Part shown: piece by piece, positions 1 to 13,399 of the stretch
How the letters are laid out: every line of letters begins with the position of its first letter
Numbering within the stretch: the first letter of the stretch is position 1
DNA from: Octopus vulgaris
Lineage: Eukaryota
DNA: 64,000 nt
Assembly (NCBI GenBank): GCA_951406725.2
Contig: OX597825.1
Location: 42,408,001 to 42,472,000, forward strand
Direction of reading: 5' to 3'
Notes under the pieces: generated by a model
What the model saw: only the letters and a program-made list of their open reading frames with translations
Database searches by the model: none
Told to the model about the DNA's origin: nothing
Position numbers and translations under genes: made by a program

Positions 1-329
1 AAAATGTTTGGTTCCATTTTGTGCAGTGGCTTAATGAAAACTATGTTTTCTTGACATCTGTCTGTCTACACTGAAGACAGACCAAACAATGCTGTTTACA
101 TAGGCCCAAGGAAAAATAGTGATGACTAAAGAACAAACAACAAAAAGTTTCCCAACAGAAAGAGAGCTTATTAGAACTGATCCAGGAAATCTTACGAAAC
201 CCCAATGAGCCTGGTCATGAAAGACAAATCCCCTTTCCAAGACTTTGTTTCCTGGCCTTCAGCTGCATGCTTAATGTATGACCAGTTCAGTCATATCATA
301 TTCACTACTTCACCCACTTTTCAAAAGAT

Positions 330-1420
330 TTAATAAGGGCAGCATCTACCATCACAGATACAGTTGTTGTTATTAGATGCCACATTTTTGAAACTCTGTT
401 TCAAGGTCCTTGCATTAACTTTGCAGATGTTTTTAGAGAAGTGTCTCAGGCTGCTGAGATTGACATTTCTATGAGCAAGTATGTTTTGTGATCATGATTT
501 TTTTTTACCACAATATTTAATCTGAATAGCATAATCAAGGAACAGTGACATCTTTATTTTCTACTACTTTGACAGACTTATATTTCCACTATTTTTTCTT
601 ATATGGGAGCCCAGACTCACAGCATATGATCCAAAGCAAATACTGACTAAATCTATCATGTCAGGTAATATATTCATTTGAGGCTAACACAAAGCATCCA
701 GAGATGAGGTAGTCAATTGTTTCTCTTGTTGCACCACAAAAGTTCCAGGCAAGATCTACCATTTTAAAGACTACTGATTTGGTAGTTTGTGGTGGACAAA
801 TGCTGATTCTGAGCTGCCTGCTATAACAAAGCACCTTTGTTTCTGAGTTAAGTCTAGATGCAAACAACTATTGATGGGTCATATTTGTATCAAAATCAGG
901 ATTTCTGGCCCTTGTAGGGCATTTGCTGTGCAATACTTTGCTTTGCCATATATTGAACAGCTCTGATATGCTATTTGATTTGGTTTATGTTTTTAATTGT
1001 TTTGCCTTTACAGTGGTTTCTTCTCATTTGTCTAGTTGTGCCTCATATCTTTCTTTGAATATAGTTTCTTAGTACTTTCATACTCGTAGACAGAATTAAG
1101 CATCCATATGCTTGTACTCTTTAGATAGTGGTCTAAAGCTATGGTTGATATCTTCAAAGACAGTTAGAGCTGCATCAGTTCTCATCCTCCATCCTTTTGC
1201 GGGGTGTATAGCCTTTGGATGACGCTTGTAGTGCATAGAGAGAAACTTGAATAGTTTTGCATAATTTTACATTGACGGACCGTTTTATGATGTTAAAACT
1301 ATAGGTTGCAACAGGTATTACTGAGGCATTGATTGCATCAATCCTGTTTCTCACATTAAGTTTACCCTTTAGGATAGCTCTTATTCTACAATAGCATTCT
1401 TTCCATATTACTATTATTTC
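330..1420 (-). mobile_element. Degenerate R4/Dong-like non-LTR retrotransposon fragment (RT thumb, CCHC knuckle, RLE remnant)
   Basis: Minus-strand translations include KECYCRIRAILKGKLNVRNRIDAINASVIPVATYSFNII, FCGATRETIDYLISGCFVLASNEYI..HD and KDLETE..MWHL, broken by stops and frameshifts. These are typical RLE-clade motifs. Confidence 0.75.
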
Positions 1421-1429
1421 ATAAGTTTC

Positions 1430-1620
1430 AGGCAAATTCACTGCATTACCCAGCACACCACCATCAGGCAAAATGTTTTGCAACATTTTGTCCATCTTTC
1501 TAAGTTCAAATTCCACCAAGGACTTTCATCCTTTCAAGGTCAATAAAATAAGAACCAGTTAAGCATTGGAGTTGATGTACTCAACTTACCCCCAAAACTT
1601 GTGCCAAAACTTGAAACCAT
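1430..1620 (+). mobile_element. tRNA-derived SINE, abundant family A, decayed
   Basis: B-box-like gttcaaattcc followed by the shared core actttcatcctttcaaggtcaataaaataagaaccagtt, which recurs about 10 times in the window. Confidence 0.7.
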
Positions 1621-1812
1621 TATTATCATTATTATCACTATTACTATATCATGAAAAATCTCAACTTTATTTTGTTGGGCATGATGGAAAGTATGAGCTG
1701 TGCTCAGTCAGCAAACCAAAGCAACACTTGTTTACTGATCATGCCACATGCTTCTTTCTTCTTCTTTGCCACCACTACCACCACCATCATTATTATTATA
1801 ATATTATTATTA

Positions 1813-2030
1813 CAGCAGCAAACTGGCAGAATCATTACTATGTAAAGGAAATGCTTAGTGACTTTTTTTCTTGTTCTTTATGTTCTGAGTTCAAATTCCA
1901 CTGACATTGATTTTGACTGGTATCCTTTTGGGAGAATCAATGAAATAAATACCAGTCGAGCACTTAAGTCAGTATAATTGACTAACCCCATACTTGGAAA
2001 CTCACAGTCTGTGCCTATAATAGAAATAAT
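1813..2030 (+). mobile_element. tRNA-derived SINE, family A
   Basis: ctggcagaatc...tctgagttcaaattcc...tatccttttggg...aaataccagt matches the other copies. Confidence 0.7.
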
Positions 2031-2908
2031 AATTATTATTATTTAATTTTAGGAACAATAACTTTTGGTAAAATAAGAGACTATAGTCTGATAATTCACA
2101 TATTTAAAATAATGTCATATGTATCATAGCAGTGATATGTCTAGTTGAAAATAGAGACTATTAAATGGCTTCTGGTTTATGGTAAATTAAGTATTCCAGT
2201 AGTATTTGATTTACATGACCATTTTATTAAACAAAGAACCTTCAAACTTCTAAAGGAAGTTTTAGATTTTGTATGAGCCTTGCAGGTAAACTATAATGAA
2301 TATTGAAAGATATAGCTTTACTTTTAATTACTTTCTCTGCTCATTGCTGTTAGAATCAGTTATTCATTTTATTACTAAAATTCTAGATTCACTTGTCATT
2401 GCTAATACTGTTGACATCAATTAACTTTTCTATATTGATTATACAAGTTATTTTAAATGTTCATGCATGCATTAGGTTTTTGACTAGTCTTGTGCAGAAA
2501 ATCATCATGCAATTATTAGACTTTGCAGTGAATATAACACAGTTTATACTTAAATAGAATTTCTGTAAGATCTACACAGGAATTGCTTCAATTTCTTCAA
2601 TGCTTTCTAAGTTTAATTTTCAATAAAGTACGTATCTAGGAATGAGTTTCAAGCTAAAACATATTAGTGTTGTGGTCATTATAACTGCTTCATGCATACT
2701 GGAATATATGTAATGCAATATAGTTTAGTCATCTGACTTAGCTCAGACTTAGTGCTGAGTTTAAAAATTAGATTATAATCAATATATTGAATCATTCTGT
2801 AGAACATTTCTATAAACAATGTGTCTCTAAACAAAGTGTCTAAATAAGAAAGCATTCCTATAATATTAATTCTATACCTTTTGTTTGGCATCTTTAATTA
2901 TATATATA

Positions 2909-3807
2909 TACTAGCTTAAGGTGACCCGCTCTATGCGTGGATAAGAGTGTGGTTGTTACTTTCTGTTGCTTCCTTTCTGCTTTTTATCACCACATTCTCC
3001 CTCTTTGTTTCTCTCTCCTTTCTCTCTCACTTTCCCACTCTCTTACTCTTCCTTTCTCTCGGACTCTCCCTCGCTTTCTCTTACTCTCTACCTTTCTCTA
3101 TCTATCTCTCTCCCATTCATAAACAACAAAAGATCTTGAGTAAGTTGAGAAAGAAAAGCATTTTGAAAGATCAACCATAAATATCAGGCAGTGACAACGG
3201 AAAGGTCTGCTTCAAGGCAGACAGCAAAACACTAACATTTAAAAGGAACAGACGAACTTGCTAGCTGAATAAAAATAAAAGAATATTGGAAACCAAAGTT
3301 TGAAGGGATAGAATCTGAGGATAGTAGAGTCACCATAGCTTTGCATTTCTTAATGACGGACAACAACGTAGTGGCAGTTTAATGGCTGGCGTAAAATTTT
3401 GAACTTGATGTAAGCGAAAATTCCTAAACACCAAGTTTTGAAGTGATCATTTCTCATGACAGTAGACTCACCATGACAAGCATTCAAAACTTCATCATGG
3501 ACGGCAACATATTGAAGATTTAAAGGCTGGCGTAATTTTTTTAGCTTGATGTATAACAGAGAATTCCTAAACACCCACTCCTGTAAATTTTAATCCCCTT
3601 CCAGCCCCATTTAGACCCCTTTTCACATTTTGGTTAATATAACCCGATTTCATTCGGGTCTACACGGGCCACATATTATAAGATGAGGAATTTTGTCCTA
3701 GAGGTCACATCTTTCATTTGAGGAAAAAAATAGTTGCCATGCAAACTCGCCAGCACTTTTAACATAGGTGTGAATATTTTCAGCTCAACCGACCACATAA
3801 TGCACAC

Positions 3808-3848
<41 letters not shown>

Positions 3849-4187
3849 TAAATATCTTTATGTACATATATACGCATTATTAGTAGACGCTGTCAAGCGA
3901 CATTATAGAGAGAAAGTGATGGGAAGGGAGGAAACAGAGAGAGACAGAGGAAGACAGGCAGATAAGAGAATGGGAGCTGACTTGTCAAAGTGTGCGCTTT
4001 TTTGCCCTAGTAACCACACCTTTTAAGATAGGGATTTCTAACCTAGCCCACTCCCATCCTCACCTCATTTTACATGTCCCTGTAAATTTTGGAGTCAATC
4101 CGACGGGATCTAGTGTCCTTTAACCCGTTCCAATGCCAAAACCAGACAAACAAACTTTTTGCATTTCAGAATTATAATATAGAGATA
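2909..4187 (+). mobile_element. Helentron-associated (HINE/DINE-1-like) non-autonomous element
   Basis: Starts tactagc...gacccgctctatgcgtgg after a TA run. It contains CT-rich and TA microsatellites and an ~80-bp internal duplication (3352-3432 vs 3497-3575), and ends aaattttggagtcaatccg...agacaaacaaac...ttatataatagagat. Family assignment rests on architecture only. Confidence 0.5.
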
Positions 4188-5169
4188 TGATATGTACTTT
4201 CTGGGTGTTTAATCTGACATTTGTTGAGGTGTGAGGCTTAGTGATTAAGATGTTGCATTCATGATCATAAGATTGAGGTTTCAGTTCCTGAACAGGGCAA
4301 TGCATTGTCTTCTTGGGCTTCATTTCTCATTGCTGCACCCCACCTAGCTTCCCACCCAGGGATAGGAAATATATATGCTACAGAATCCAATAAACCAGCC
4401 TATGGCTTGGGGAAGACCTTTCATCTTTTTAAATTTGATATTTACCCCTTGAACACAATGTTCAATGTTGTTTTCCAATGACATACTTATTGCTACTGCT
4501 TCTTTCAATTGGTTATCAATAATAAAGATTTTCGGCTTTTGCAACCAGTGTTTTCATTTATTAACTTCCCTAAGATCATTCATTGCTACTGCTACTTCAT
4601 AAAATTCATCCAGTCAGTAACAGATGTTTTGTAATTAATGTTCCTATGTAAAGATGTAAAACTAGTATGACAAAATATTTTCTCCCACTTTTCAGAAAAT
4701 AAGTATTTACCGAATGGCTGCAACTTCCACCAATCTTTAAAAGTGTTGGAGAGCCTCGGCTGCATACAAAATATGTGTGCCGTTTTAACCCATTGATGAA
4801 TAATACTGTAAACAGAGCAAAAGTAATCAGCATGAACTGTAAAAATATAGAGAATTTGCAGGATTAAAAGTTGAATGCCTAATCAAATAAGCTGCATACA
4901 TGCTGATATCTCCACTGATAATATATCAAAAGAATACTTATTCAAAATAAACATGAACCAGCATAAATACGTGTTTTTAAAAGGCATTATTTCTACAGTT
5001 AGTTATACAAACAGATCACGTTTTAAATTATAACATTTAAATGCAAAGAAACAAAAAAAAAAGAAAGAAAGAAAATAGGAAGGTAAAGCAGCAGAAGGTG
5101 GAAGGGAAGAGGGCTATGGGCCACACATCAGAACAAAGGGTGTGCTCAGCCATGTTCCACAGTAACGAC

Positions 5170-7740
5170 CATGATGGCATTGCCATGGAGAATGGCCAGT
5201 GACACTTGCTGCAGTAACTATTCCACCTCACAGGCCTCATTTCTCAGATGGGCCACCATTATCCCGATTTTGTTGAGGAAATTAGGAGAATGGGGTCTGA
5301 CAACACCTGACATCTTGACAGCAGCCAACACAAACTGAAAGCAGCTGGCCAGAACCCTGTATTTATTGATTTTTTTTTTCTCCTCTGTGTTATGGACAGT
5401 GGCACTCAGGTTTGCAGCCAATACAGCTAGGTTGGAGCCAGTGAATGTCTCACTGCATGTTGCATCTCAGACTAGGGATCTGTCTCTCTCAAATGAGAAG
5501 AGTGTCATTCCATCGAGGTACATACCATCCCTGCAGTCGAAACTTACTAGCTCCATTTGAGACAGGAAGCCAGCCATGTCGAGGCCCCTCCTAATCATAT
5601 CATTCATAGCTGCATGTTGGGGGATTCAGCCCATGCTAAAGCTGCAAGATACTAGATGCAGGAGACTTCATCTACTACAGAGCCACAATGACATTTGTGC
5701 AACTCATACATGTGGAGACTGAGGAGTTGGGTTACTCCAGTATGAGTGCACACATCTAGAAGGGTAGTGGTAGATAAGGAGGGCACAGAATTGAACCATG
5801 CACCATTATTTGGCTGCAAGTCAGAATGAAGGCAGGCAAAGTAGTGGTGATCTAATTATGTCTCTAACCATTCAAAGATGGACTTGCATCTGATGTCATC
5901 CCAATTATGTTGGACATCCACATTCTGAGGGACTCAAGGCTTTCAGTGGTCCAGTTGACTAGGGCTGACTCTAGTTTCTGGACCATGTCTGGTTCAGACA
6001 TCTCATGGAGTATTTTGCCAATGAAGGTGCAGCTGGAAGAAACTGAGGAAATATAGGCCAGCAGAGTAAGGTCCAATGTGAAACAGAGACCAAGGCCACC
6101 AAATCTAACCTGCAGTTTAGCCTCCAGCCAGCACTATCAAAACTGACATTGTAGATTACCACCAGTTGGTATCATCGAAGTCACCAAGACAGTCTCTGAA
6201 AGGGTAATGGAGTACACTGCATAGAGAGATAAGGAGCTTAGGTAGGGCAAAGCAATCCCTCGAGAGGAAGAGCACCAAGTGTGCATCAATGAGAAGCAAT
6301 CTGGACAAGTCTACAAGCTTGGTCTCCAGGCACTCTATTATGGCTTTTGGGAGGATTGGACAGCCAAGAATGGAGACAGTATCTCTCGGTGTCAGCTGAG
6401 CCCTCACCAAGACAGACTGGATACTGAGTAATGTCCTAAAATTCAGCTTCACCGTAGCTCACATTTATCACCTCTGGCTTGGATGGGTTGATCTTAAGCT
6501 CGAGAACCTTTGGGACTGACTAAACCTGTTGACAGTCCTTAACAACAGACTCTACTGAGCCAACCAGGGTCATGTTATCCATGTATCAGACACTGAAGGG
6601 TGAGTGAACCGATCAGGCAGCATTGCAGACAGCCAACGCAAAAAAGACCAGACCGAAAGGGTCACCTTGCTAAACACTTGTGAATGAAGCAATCCAGAGT
6701 CAGCTGCCATGAGTATGCTGGGTGTACTATAGGAAAGGTATGTAAGTGGGTGTAATGAGGAAGCACATCTTAGACACATCTCCAAGAAGTGGTCACATCT
6801 GACATTTCTGAAGACACTTTTTAAACCCAGCTTCAGCAGGAGGCAAGGTGATGAGGGAAGCATGTGTTGTATGAAGTGTCTGGCAGTGTGGGTAGCAACC
6901 TCACATTCACACTTTGCTCCCACCCCTAGCTTGACAAGGCTAAGTGCCTCACTCAGGTAATCCCTGACTGATCTACAAGCTAACATTGTCATAAGTCATT
7001 AAAAGATGTTGTCCACCACTGTTGGTGCCTCTGTCATTCTTCTGAGCAATCAGGTTTGCTGAGAAGAGAGATCTCAGGCATGGCAGAGGTGGTTCATGTG
7101 AAGACGTCTCTCTATCAGAGCAGTGAGGGATCAGAGAAAGTTTGCTCCCACCTCAGTGGAGTATGGCAAGATTAACTCTTTAAAGTGGCTGAGTTGCAGG
7201 CCATCAGCTCCAACACTCCTGCTCGCAGGGAAGGATCTCAAGGCTGCAGTCACATCATCACTGGATGCAGTCAAGGCCATGTCACTGTCAGGGATTTAGA
7301 AATCCCTAATTTCAGCTGGAGGGCCTGGATGCTTAATACAGAGACCAGCCAGAGTGTCTTGTGTGGATTTGAGTACTGTGTTACTAGAGGCCTGCATGTG
7401 CACTGTGGAAGAAATATCACCCTCAATTAGTCATCAATAGACCTGGTCTTAAAGCCTTTTTTGCACAATTGGAATGGACCTACATACATGGCATTGGTGC
7501 TTAAAAGAAGTGAGAGCCATTTAGTGATGGGTGACTAAGCATTGCAAACTGGAGTAATTAGTAATTAATGCCTGCTCTATGGATGATGCTAGTACTTCAA
7601 CTACAAAAGCACAAGCAGCCTTTGAAATCCTGATGATGATTCTCCATGACTGTCTGAGATGAGAGATCAATACTAAGGTATCTTCAAGGCAGAGCAAGAT
7701 CAAGTCATCACCAAGCTGCAAATCAGTATCCACCTGTAAC
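5170..7740 (-). mobile_element. Degenerate CRE-clade non-LTR retrotransposon (RT, CCHC knuckle, restriction-like endonuclease)
   Basis: In order on the minus strand: LGVGAKCECEVATHTAR..LLKLGLKSVFRNVR, GV*QGDPFGLVFFAL, YMDN (YLDD position), DAHLVLFLSRDCFALPKLL, CHCG..LVSC..QHAAMNDMIRR, DGMYLDGMTL (KRPDG position) and LLQQVSLAILHGNA. Many stops; CpG-depleted. Confidence 0.8.
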
Positions 7741-7779
7741 GAACTTAGTGTGAGTGTGAATATCTTCTCTTGTACTTTC

Positions 7780-8420
7780 GGGGTACAAGAAAGCAATCAC
7801 TCACTAGCCGTTGCTTTAATAATCCAGAATTCTACCAGTCAGAAACAACAAGACGCAGACGTAAAATATATATCTACTACTTTATTCTCTTTCTTGGTAA
7901 CAATAAGTGTGTTATCTGATGTCCTTGGTTCTGGGCGCGCAAGGCTGAAAGTTAATCGATTGTAATATTTACAATATTCAGCCGCTAAAAACCAGAACGG
8001 GTTCAAGATGGCATCGAACAGGGAAGTTGAATGTGGTCGGCAACAATTTGGTTAAAGGCATTCGGCCGACTGCTGCTAGAATCAAGTCCTGACGGAGAGA
8101 GAATATACGTGACCGTTGCCTTCGATAGCCATGTCTCAAAGTCCCCGCTGACTGCTGCTAGTGGTCAAACGTTCTAACTGCTACGTAGGCAATAGGGTTC
8201 TTCTTCCGGTACTTCGCGCATGCGCGAGAGGGCCCTTCCTCTCTCTGCCTTGGTAAAGGCACCAACACGTGCGAAATACAAATGGACGGTGCGCGAGCGC
8301 ACGCCGTTATAGGGTCACTACACACCTATTGTGTAGAGAGGGATATGCGCCCGGAGGTTAGGAAGCTTTGGCAGTGCCACCGGTGCTGGGACATATTTTG
8401 TCACTGATACATAGAATCTT
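7780..8420. promoter_or_regulatory. CpG-rich promoter-like island with NRF1-, ETS/GABP- and YY1-like motifs
   Basis: Sharp local excess of CpG relative to both flanks. Contains the palindrome tcgcgcatgcgcga (NRF1 core GCGCATGCGC) at ~8215-8228, cttccggt at ~8203-8210 and caagatggc at ~8004-8012. Confidence 0.7.
7805..8190 (-). other. Candidate non-coding first exon of a minus-strand gene
   Basis: A GTGAGT donor (+ strand actcac, 7799-7804) lies where CpG richness ends. Only short uORFs inside; the TSS position is estimated. Confidence 0.35.
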
Positions 8421-9272
8421 TCAAAATATATTTGGAGATCAAAAGATAAAAGTGAAATATTAGATAAGCTACGAGTGAATGAATCAAACTTCTGTTACAT
8501 CTATCTCACAAACAAGCTTCGCATTATTTCCTACCCAACTTCAATCCTAAACAAATGAAAGAAATTTATTTTGACATGCTAAAAGATGGCAAAATTCCTC
8601 TGCTTGAATTTCAAAACCCTTTCAATATATGAATAATAATTGATATCAGAGACCTGTGTTTACTTCAAAGTGCAGTAAACAAAATGTGAAACATATTCAA
8701 TAATTTCTTCACAAACCACTTGTAAACCATTGACCTGAGAGCTGATTCAATCAAACCATAGTTTTAAAAGCATGTCATCTTATTTCCTTTACACCTTTAG
8801 TATTCAGATCACTCTGTCAAATGTAATGCTTAAAAAGTCACATTATTTTGATTTAATTATGAATTACCTTGTAGCTTTGAGATTTTGATAATGTGATTAT
8901 TGTTAGATTGACATTGTAGGATAAATGTGAGAGATCAAATCTGGCTGGTTTGAACATAAAACAGGTAGAATATTTGAGTCAGATACAGCTGGATTAAATG
9001 TTAAATGGTTAAACATTAACTAGAGGGACCCATGAATATTTCATGGAATTAATGGTCAACTTGTTGAGTCATTTCTGAAAACTAAAGAGTAGCTTATGTT
9101 GTGTCTGTATCAAAAGATAGTATTTCATCTACTATTTATTGAAAAGTAAAGGAAATTAAAATATGATGATCACTTAATACACTTTATATACTTTATGCAC
9201 AATGTTATAGGTTTGATATACAGCTCTCTCCCTCTTTCTTTCTCAGTCTTTTTCTCTCATTCTATGCTTTTC

Positions 9273-9496
9273 CCTTCAACTACTCACTTGAAAGCATTAC
9301 AGGTGGGCTAAGTAACAGAGGAAGAAAACTTAGTTAAAAAAACGAATTACACATTTCATTCACTGCCAACTGCCCCTCACCCATCCTTCTCTGCATCCGC
9401 CCCATCTCTTTCCTCCCCTTTCCCTCTCCCCTCCTGATCCTTTCAACTAATCACGTGAAAGCATTACGGATGGGCTAAGTAATGGAGGAACAAACA
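9273..9496. repeat. Diverged ~55-bp direct repeat pair
   Basis: ttcaactactcacttgaaagcattacaggtgggctaagtaa (~9275) vs ttcaactaatcacgtgaaagcattacggatgggctaagtaa (~9442). Confidence 0.7.
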
Positions 9497-9593
9497 GAAT
9501 TATTATCAGTTTGAAAAACAAAGAATTAGTTTCTACACACTACAAACACAAGGTTCTACTGAGCACACATTTTTGAACAAGATAAGCAGAACT

Positions 9594-9664
9594 TTGTGTG
9601 TGTGTGGTGTGTGTGTTTGTGTGTGTGTGTGTGTGTACTTGTGTGGTGTGTGTGTGTGTGTGTG
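9594..9664. repeat. (TG)n microsatellite
   Basis: Read directly from the sequence. Confidence 0.95.
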
Positions 9665-11164
9665 CACGCACGTACGTGCATGTGCAGGTGTGTTTAAGAT
9701 CAGCACGAATGTTATCAATCTCATTGGTGTAGGTAGGGCTGCAAGGAACATGGGCACTGACCCTTCCTACAGACTCAGCAAGTTAAAAACAAAACATATA
9801 TTTAATCAGTAAGGCCATTGTATGTTTAGTGTAAAATATAATAGAATGTTATTTCAGACCTCAACTGTCTAACAAAATTGCTATCAGTAAATATGGCAGA
9901 GAAAAATGATAAATATTAATACAGCTGTAGATTATTCTAATGTTTAAAACACTTGATGCAGTTATTAAGTCAAGCAACTCTACACAACTAAGACAAACAC
10001 ACACATCACACATGCACACACATACACACATACTCATACACACACATGCACACACGAATATATATACATACGTGTGTATGTATGTATGAAAATATATGTA
10101 TATATAAGAGTGACAATGATGATGGCAATGATGTTGATGGTGGTGATATATATATACACACACGGATATTCTAAGGACAATGAGCTCTTTTATGTAGAGA
10201 TATATTCCAAATGACGGAAAATTCAAAATTTCCCCAGAGATAAAGATAACTGCTTTGATGAGTGATAATCGATAAGAATAAAATACTCAGAAAATGATAT
10301 TAAAGCTATACCACATAAAGATTTTTAAAAAATACATCTAAATTATAGTCTTTCATAATGGACAGTACATTACCCTAATATAGCTTTCAGTGAATGTGCA
10401 ATGTCAAAAATAGTTGCAACTGTCTAATTTTCATGACTGAAATTTTGCTAAATTATTAAAATATTTATCTGAAAACTAACAACTGGTATTTTGAGATTTT
10501 ATAAAATTTGAAATGATATATTAATTCAATTGCAAAACTATTAGAAACCAAAATCTATGTCTAAACTAAAATATAATTTAGAATATATTTCTGTATTCAC
10601 TAAGTACAATATAAATGAGAATATCTGAAACAATTTTTTTTTTACATTTTTTTATGTCAGTGCTTAGCTCTTGTTGATTCTGATTTTGAACTGAACAGTT
10701 ATTATTAACGATAGATAATCATAAATAATTTTAGGTGGTTTGTAAGTTTAGGTTCAAATTTTTGTGAGTAAAGAAGGAACAGAAAGATGGCATAAGAAAT
10801 AAAGAGAAAAGTAAAAATGAAATATTTAATATGATATTGGATTAACTGCTCAAAGGTTTCATGATTAAATCTATTTAATCTATTAAATCTATTTAATCTA
10901 TTTATGTAATTGAATACTTGAACATCATGACAAGATAAGGTATTGAATCATCTAAGAGTGCGAAGTAAGATAGTCCTGTGCTCTGTCCATGGAGTTTTAT
11001 ATCTCTCATCTACTTAATGCAATGATATGGAAGCTAAGAAAACAGCTCTTTAAAGCTGATTGGCGTTCAAATATCATTTATGTTTTTTTATTTACACTAG
11101 TTTCTTAAAAAATGTCTCTCCACTAAACTAAATAGCCTAACCTTATTTAGTAATCACAATCTCC

Positions 11165-11760
11165 AGACAGTGAACTGGTAGGCGTGTAAGCACACTGGGT
11201 GGAGGCGCAATGGCCCAGTGGTTAGGGCAGCGGACTCGCGGTCGTAGGATCACGGTTTCGATTCCCAGACCGGGTGTTGTGAGTGTTTATTGAGCGAAAA
11301 CACCTAAAGCTCCATGAGGTTCCGGCAGGGATGGTGGTGATCCCTGCTGTACTCTTTCACCACAACTTTCTCTCACTCTTACTTCCTGTTTCTGTTGAAC
11401 CTGTATTTCAAAGGGCCGGCCTTGTCACTCTGTGTCACGCTGAATATCCCCGAGAACTACATTAAGGGTACACGTGTCTGTGGAGTGCTCAGCCACTTAC
11501 ACGTTAATTTCACGAGCAGGCTGTTCCGTTGATTCGGATCAACCGGAACCCTCGTCGTCGTAACTGACGGAGTGCTTCCATCCATCCAAGCACACTGGAC
11601 AAAATGTTTAGTGACATTTATTCTGGCTCTTTGAGTTCTGGATTCAAACTCTGCTGAGGTTGATTTTGCATTTCATTCCTTCAGGATTGATAAAAAAAAA
11701 ATTACCATTTAAGCACTGTGGTTTATCCCCTAAAATTACTGGCAAAGGGCCAAAATTTAA
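11165..11760 (+). mobile_element. Older family A SINE split by a younger SINE insertion
   Basis: Head cagtgaactggtagg before 11199; remainder aagcacactggacaaaatgtttagtg...ttcaaactctgctgaggttgattttgcatttcattcc after 11587. Confidence 0.7.
11199..11587 (+). mobile_element. Young tRNA-derived SINE (family C) with 11-bp TSD
   Basis: A box tggcccagtgg, B box ggtttcgattccc, CpGs retained, (tcca)n tail. TSD aagcacactgg at 11188-11198 and 11588-11598. Confidence 0.9.
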
Positions 11761-12475
11761 TACCATTGATTAATCCCAAACTTGTCCTTCAATATTTGGA
11801 ACACAGCCCATGGACTAGCAGCTCTATCTCTGTAGATCCCCAAAGGTCCCTGGACCCAGGCTGGGAACCACTGTATTAGCATGTGTGTGTGCATGAAACA
11901 GAGAGAGAGGGGGGTGCAGGCACACAGACAGATACACAAACACACTGGCCAGGCAGATACCCATCAGACTCACTGAAGAGTTGTAACTGTTCTGTGCTTG
12001 AACAGCTAATCTTGGAAGATTTCCAGATGTGCCCACATAGCAAAGTTATAACCGATCATATTGCTGCAATCATAATACTATCATTAGTGAAATCATGATA
12101 CATAGGTGAATCTTATTATCTCTGACCTTTTATTTCCACAAGAAAAGACTAGAAGATAAATCTTTTCCTCATCACTAACACCACCACCACCACCACATAT
12201 ACAATACTAATCAAATTAGCAATCACATTCCTGTGTGTCTCAAGACATATTCTCAAATTTTTGTCAGCTGAGACATGAAGAATAAAAATCTTTATCAAGA
12301 GAGTACAATAAAATAACCAAATGTGAAATAGGAACTGACTAGGAAACAACACAGAGTAGAATGCATTTTTCATTTTATCATTTCACTCCTTTGTTCAAAA
12401 TATTAAACCTCATAATATATCATTCAAGAATTTACAAAAATATACTATTTTACAATACAAATAAATTTATCTTTA

Positions 12476-12566
12476 TATGTTTAGAAGATGTTTAGATTGT
12501 TATGTTTAGAAGATGTTTAGATTGTTATGTTTAGAAGATGTTTAGATTGTTATGTTTAGAAGATGC
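12476..12566. repeat. 25-bp tandem repeat, about 3.6 copies
   Basis: The unit tatgtttagaagatgtttagattgt is repeated head to tail. Confidence 0.95.
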
Positions 12567-13399
12567 TTTAGAGATATTTAAAAGAGTAATAAAACTTTGG
12601 AACAGTACACAACTTGTTGATAGTCTTGTGCTTTACGAAAATACCATAATCAGCTGTTTAATCAAGTTTGGTATTCAATTAAAAATATTACATTATATTA
12701 AGCTAATATAAATAATTTTAATGAAAGATAAGCAAAATGAGTTTCCTATAAAAAGAAAAAAATAACAATTTCGTTATTGGCAAGAGTTGTTTTGAATGGT
12801 TATTTACACCTAAAAATTCAAAGTGTAAACAAGTTTTTTTAAGTAATTACTTTAAAAAAAATTACTCAAACACACGCATACATATATTTAGACAAATGTA
12901 CATGTGAATACACAATACACACATCCGATACACACAAACACACACACGTATGCGTATATGTACACTTATGTGTGTATGTAAGTAGGTAGGTATGTATACA
13001 TAAACACACATATTCACACACATGCACACAACACACATACATATAACATAGAGGAATTATAATTAATGCTTTTCCTGTTCGATATAATAATATCAATATT
13101 TCAAAGCAACTCTATAAAAAATATATATTACCTTGACATCAAACACTAAGTAGACAATTTTCATTTCATTTCAGCTCACATTGCTATTTTTTATTACATA
13201 GGTTAATAAACAGACTTCAACAGTTCAAGCTACTAGTGTCTGCCTGACAGTCCAATTGCCAATATTGCGTATCTTGTTACCAGTACTGCACATAGTAGCA
13301 AAACCATGTTGCTATTGGTAACCCAGTTCATCTTGCTATTAATGGATGTATATGACACAAAATAGCACCTAATTAATAATCTGTGAAAGCTATATATAA

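Noticed and set aside
8008-8055. ATG in the YY1-like motif as a plus-strand start codon (MASNREVECGRQQFG)
   Set aside because: It stops after 15 codons and has no convincing donor site.
9533-10226. Cys/Val- and His/Thr-rich ORFs
   Set aside because: They derive from TG/CA microsatellites.
11199-11275. tRNA gene-like sequence (also at 45754)
   Set aside because: It has A and B boxes but continues into a SINE body with a tail and TSD, so it is a SINE head rather than a tRNA gene.
12476-12566. Regular repeat as a possible CRISPR array
   Set aside because: Perfect head-to-tail minisatellite with no unique spacers.
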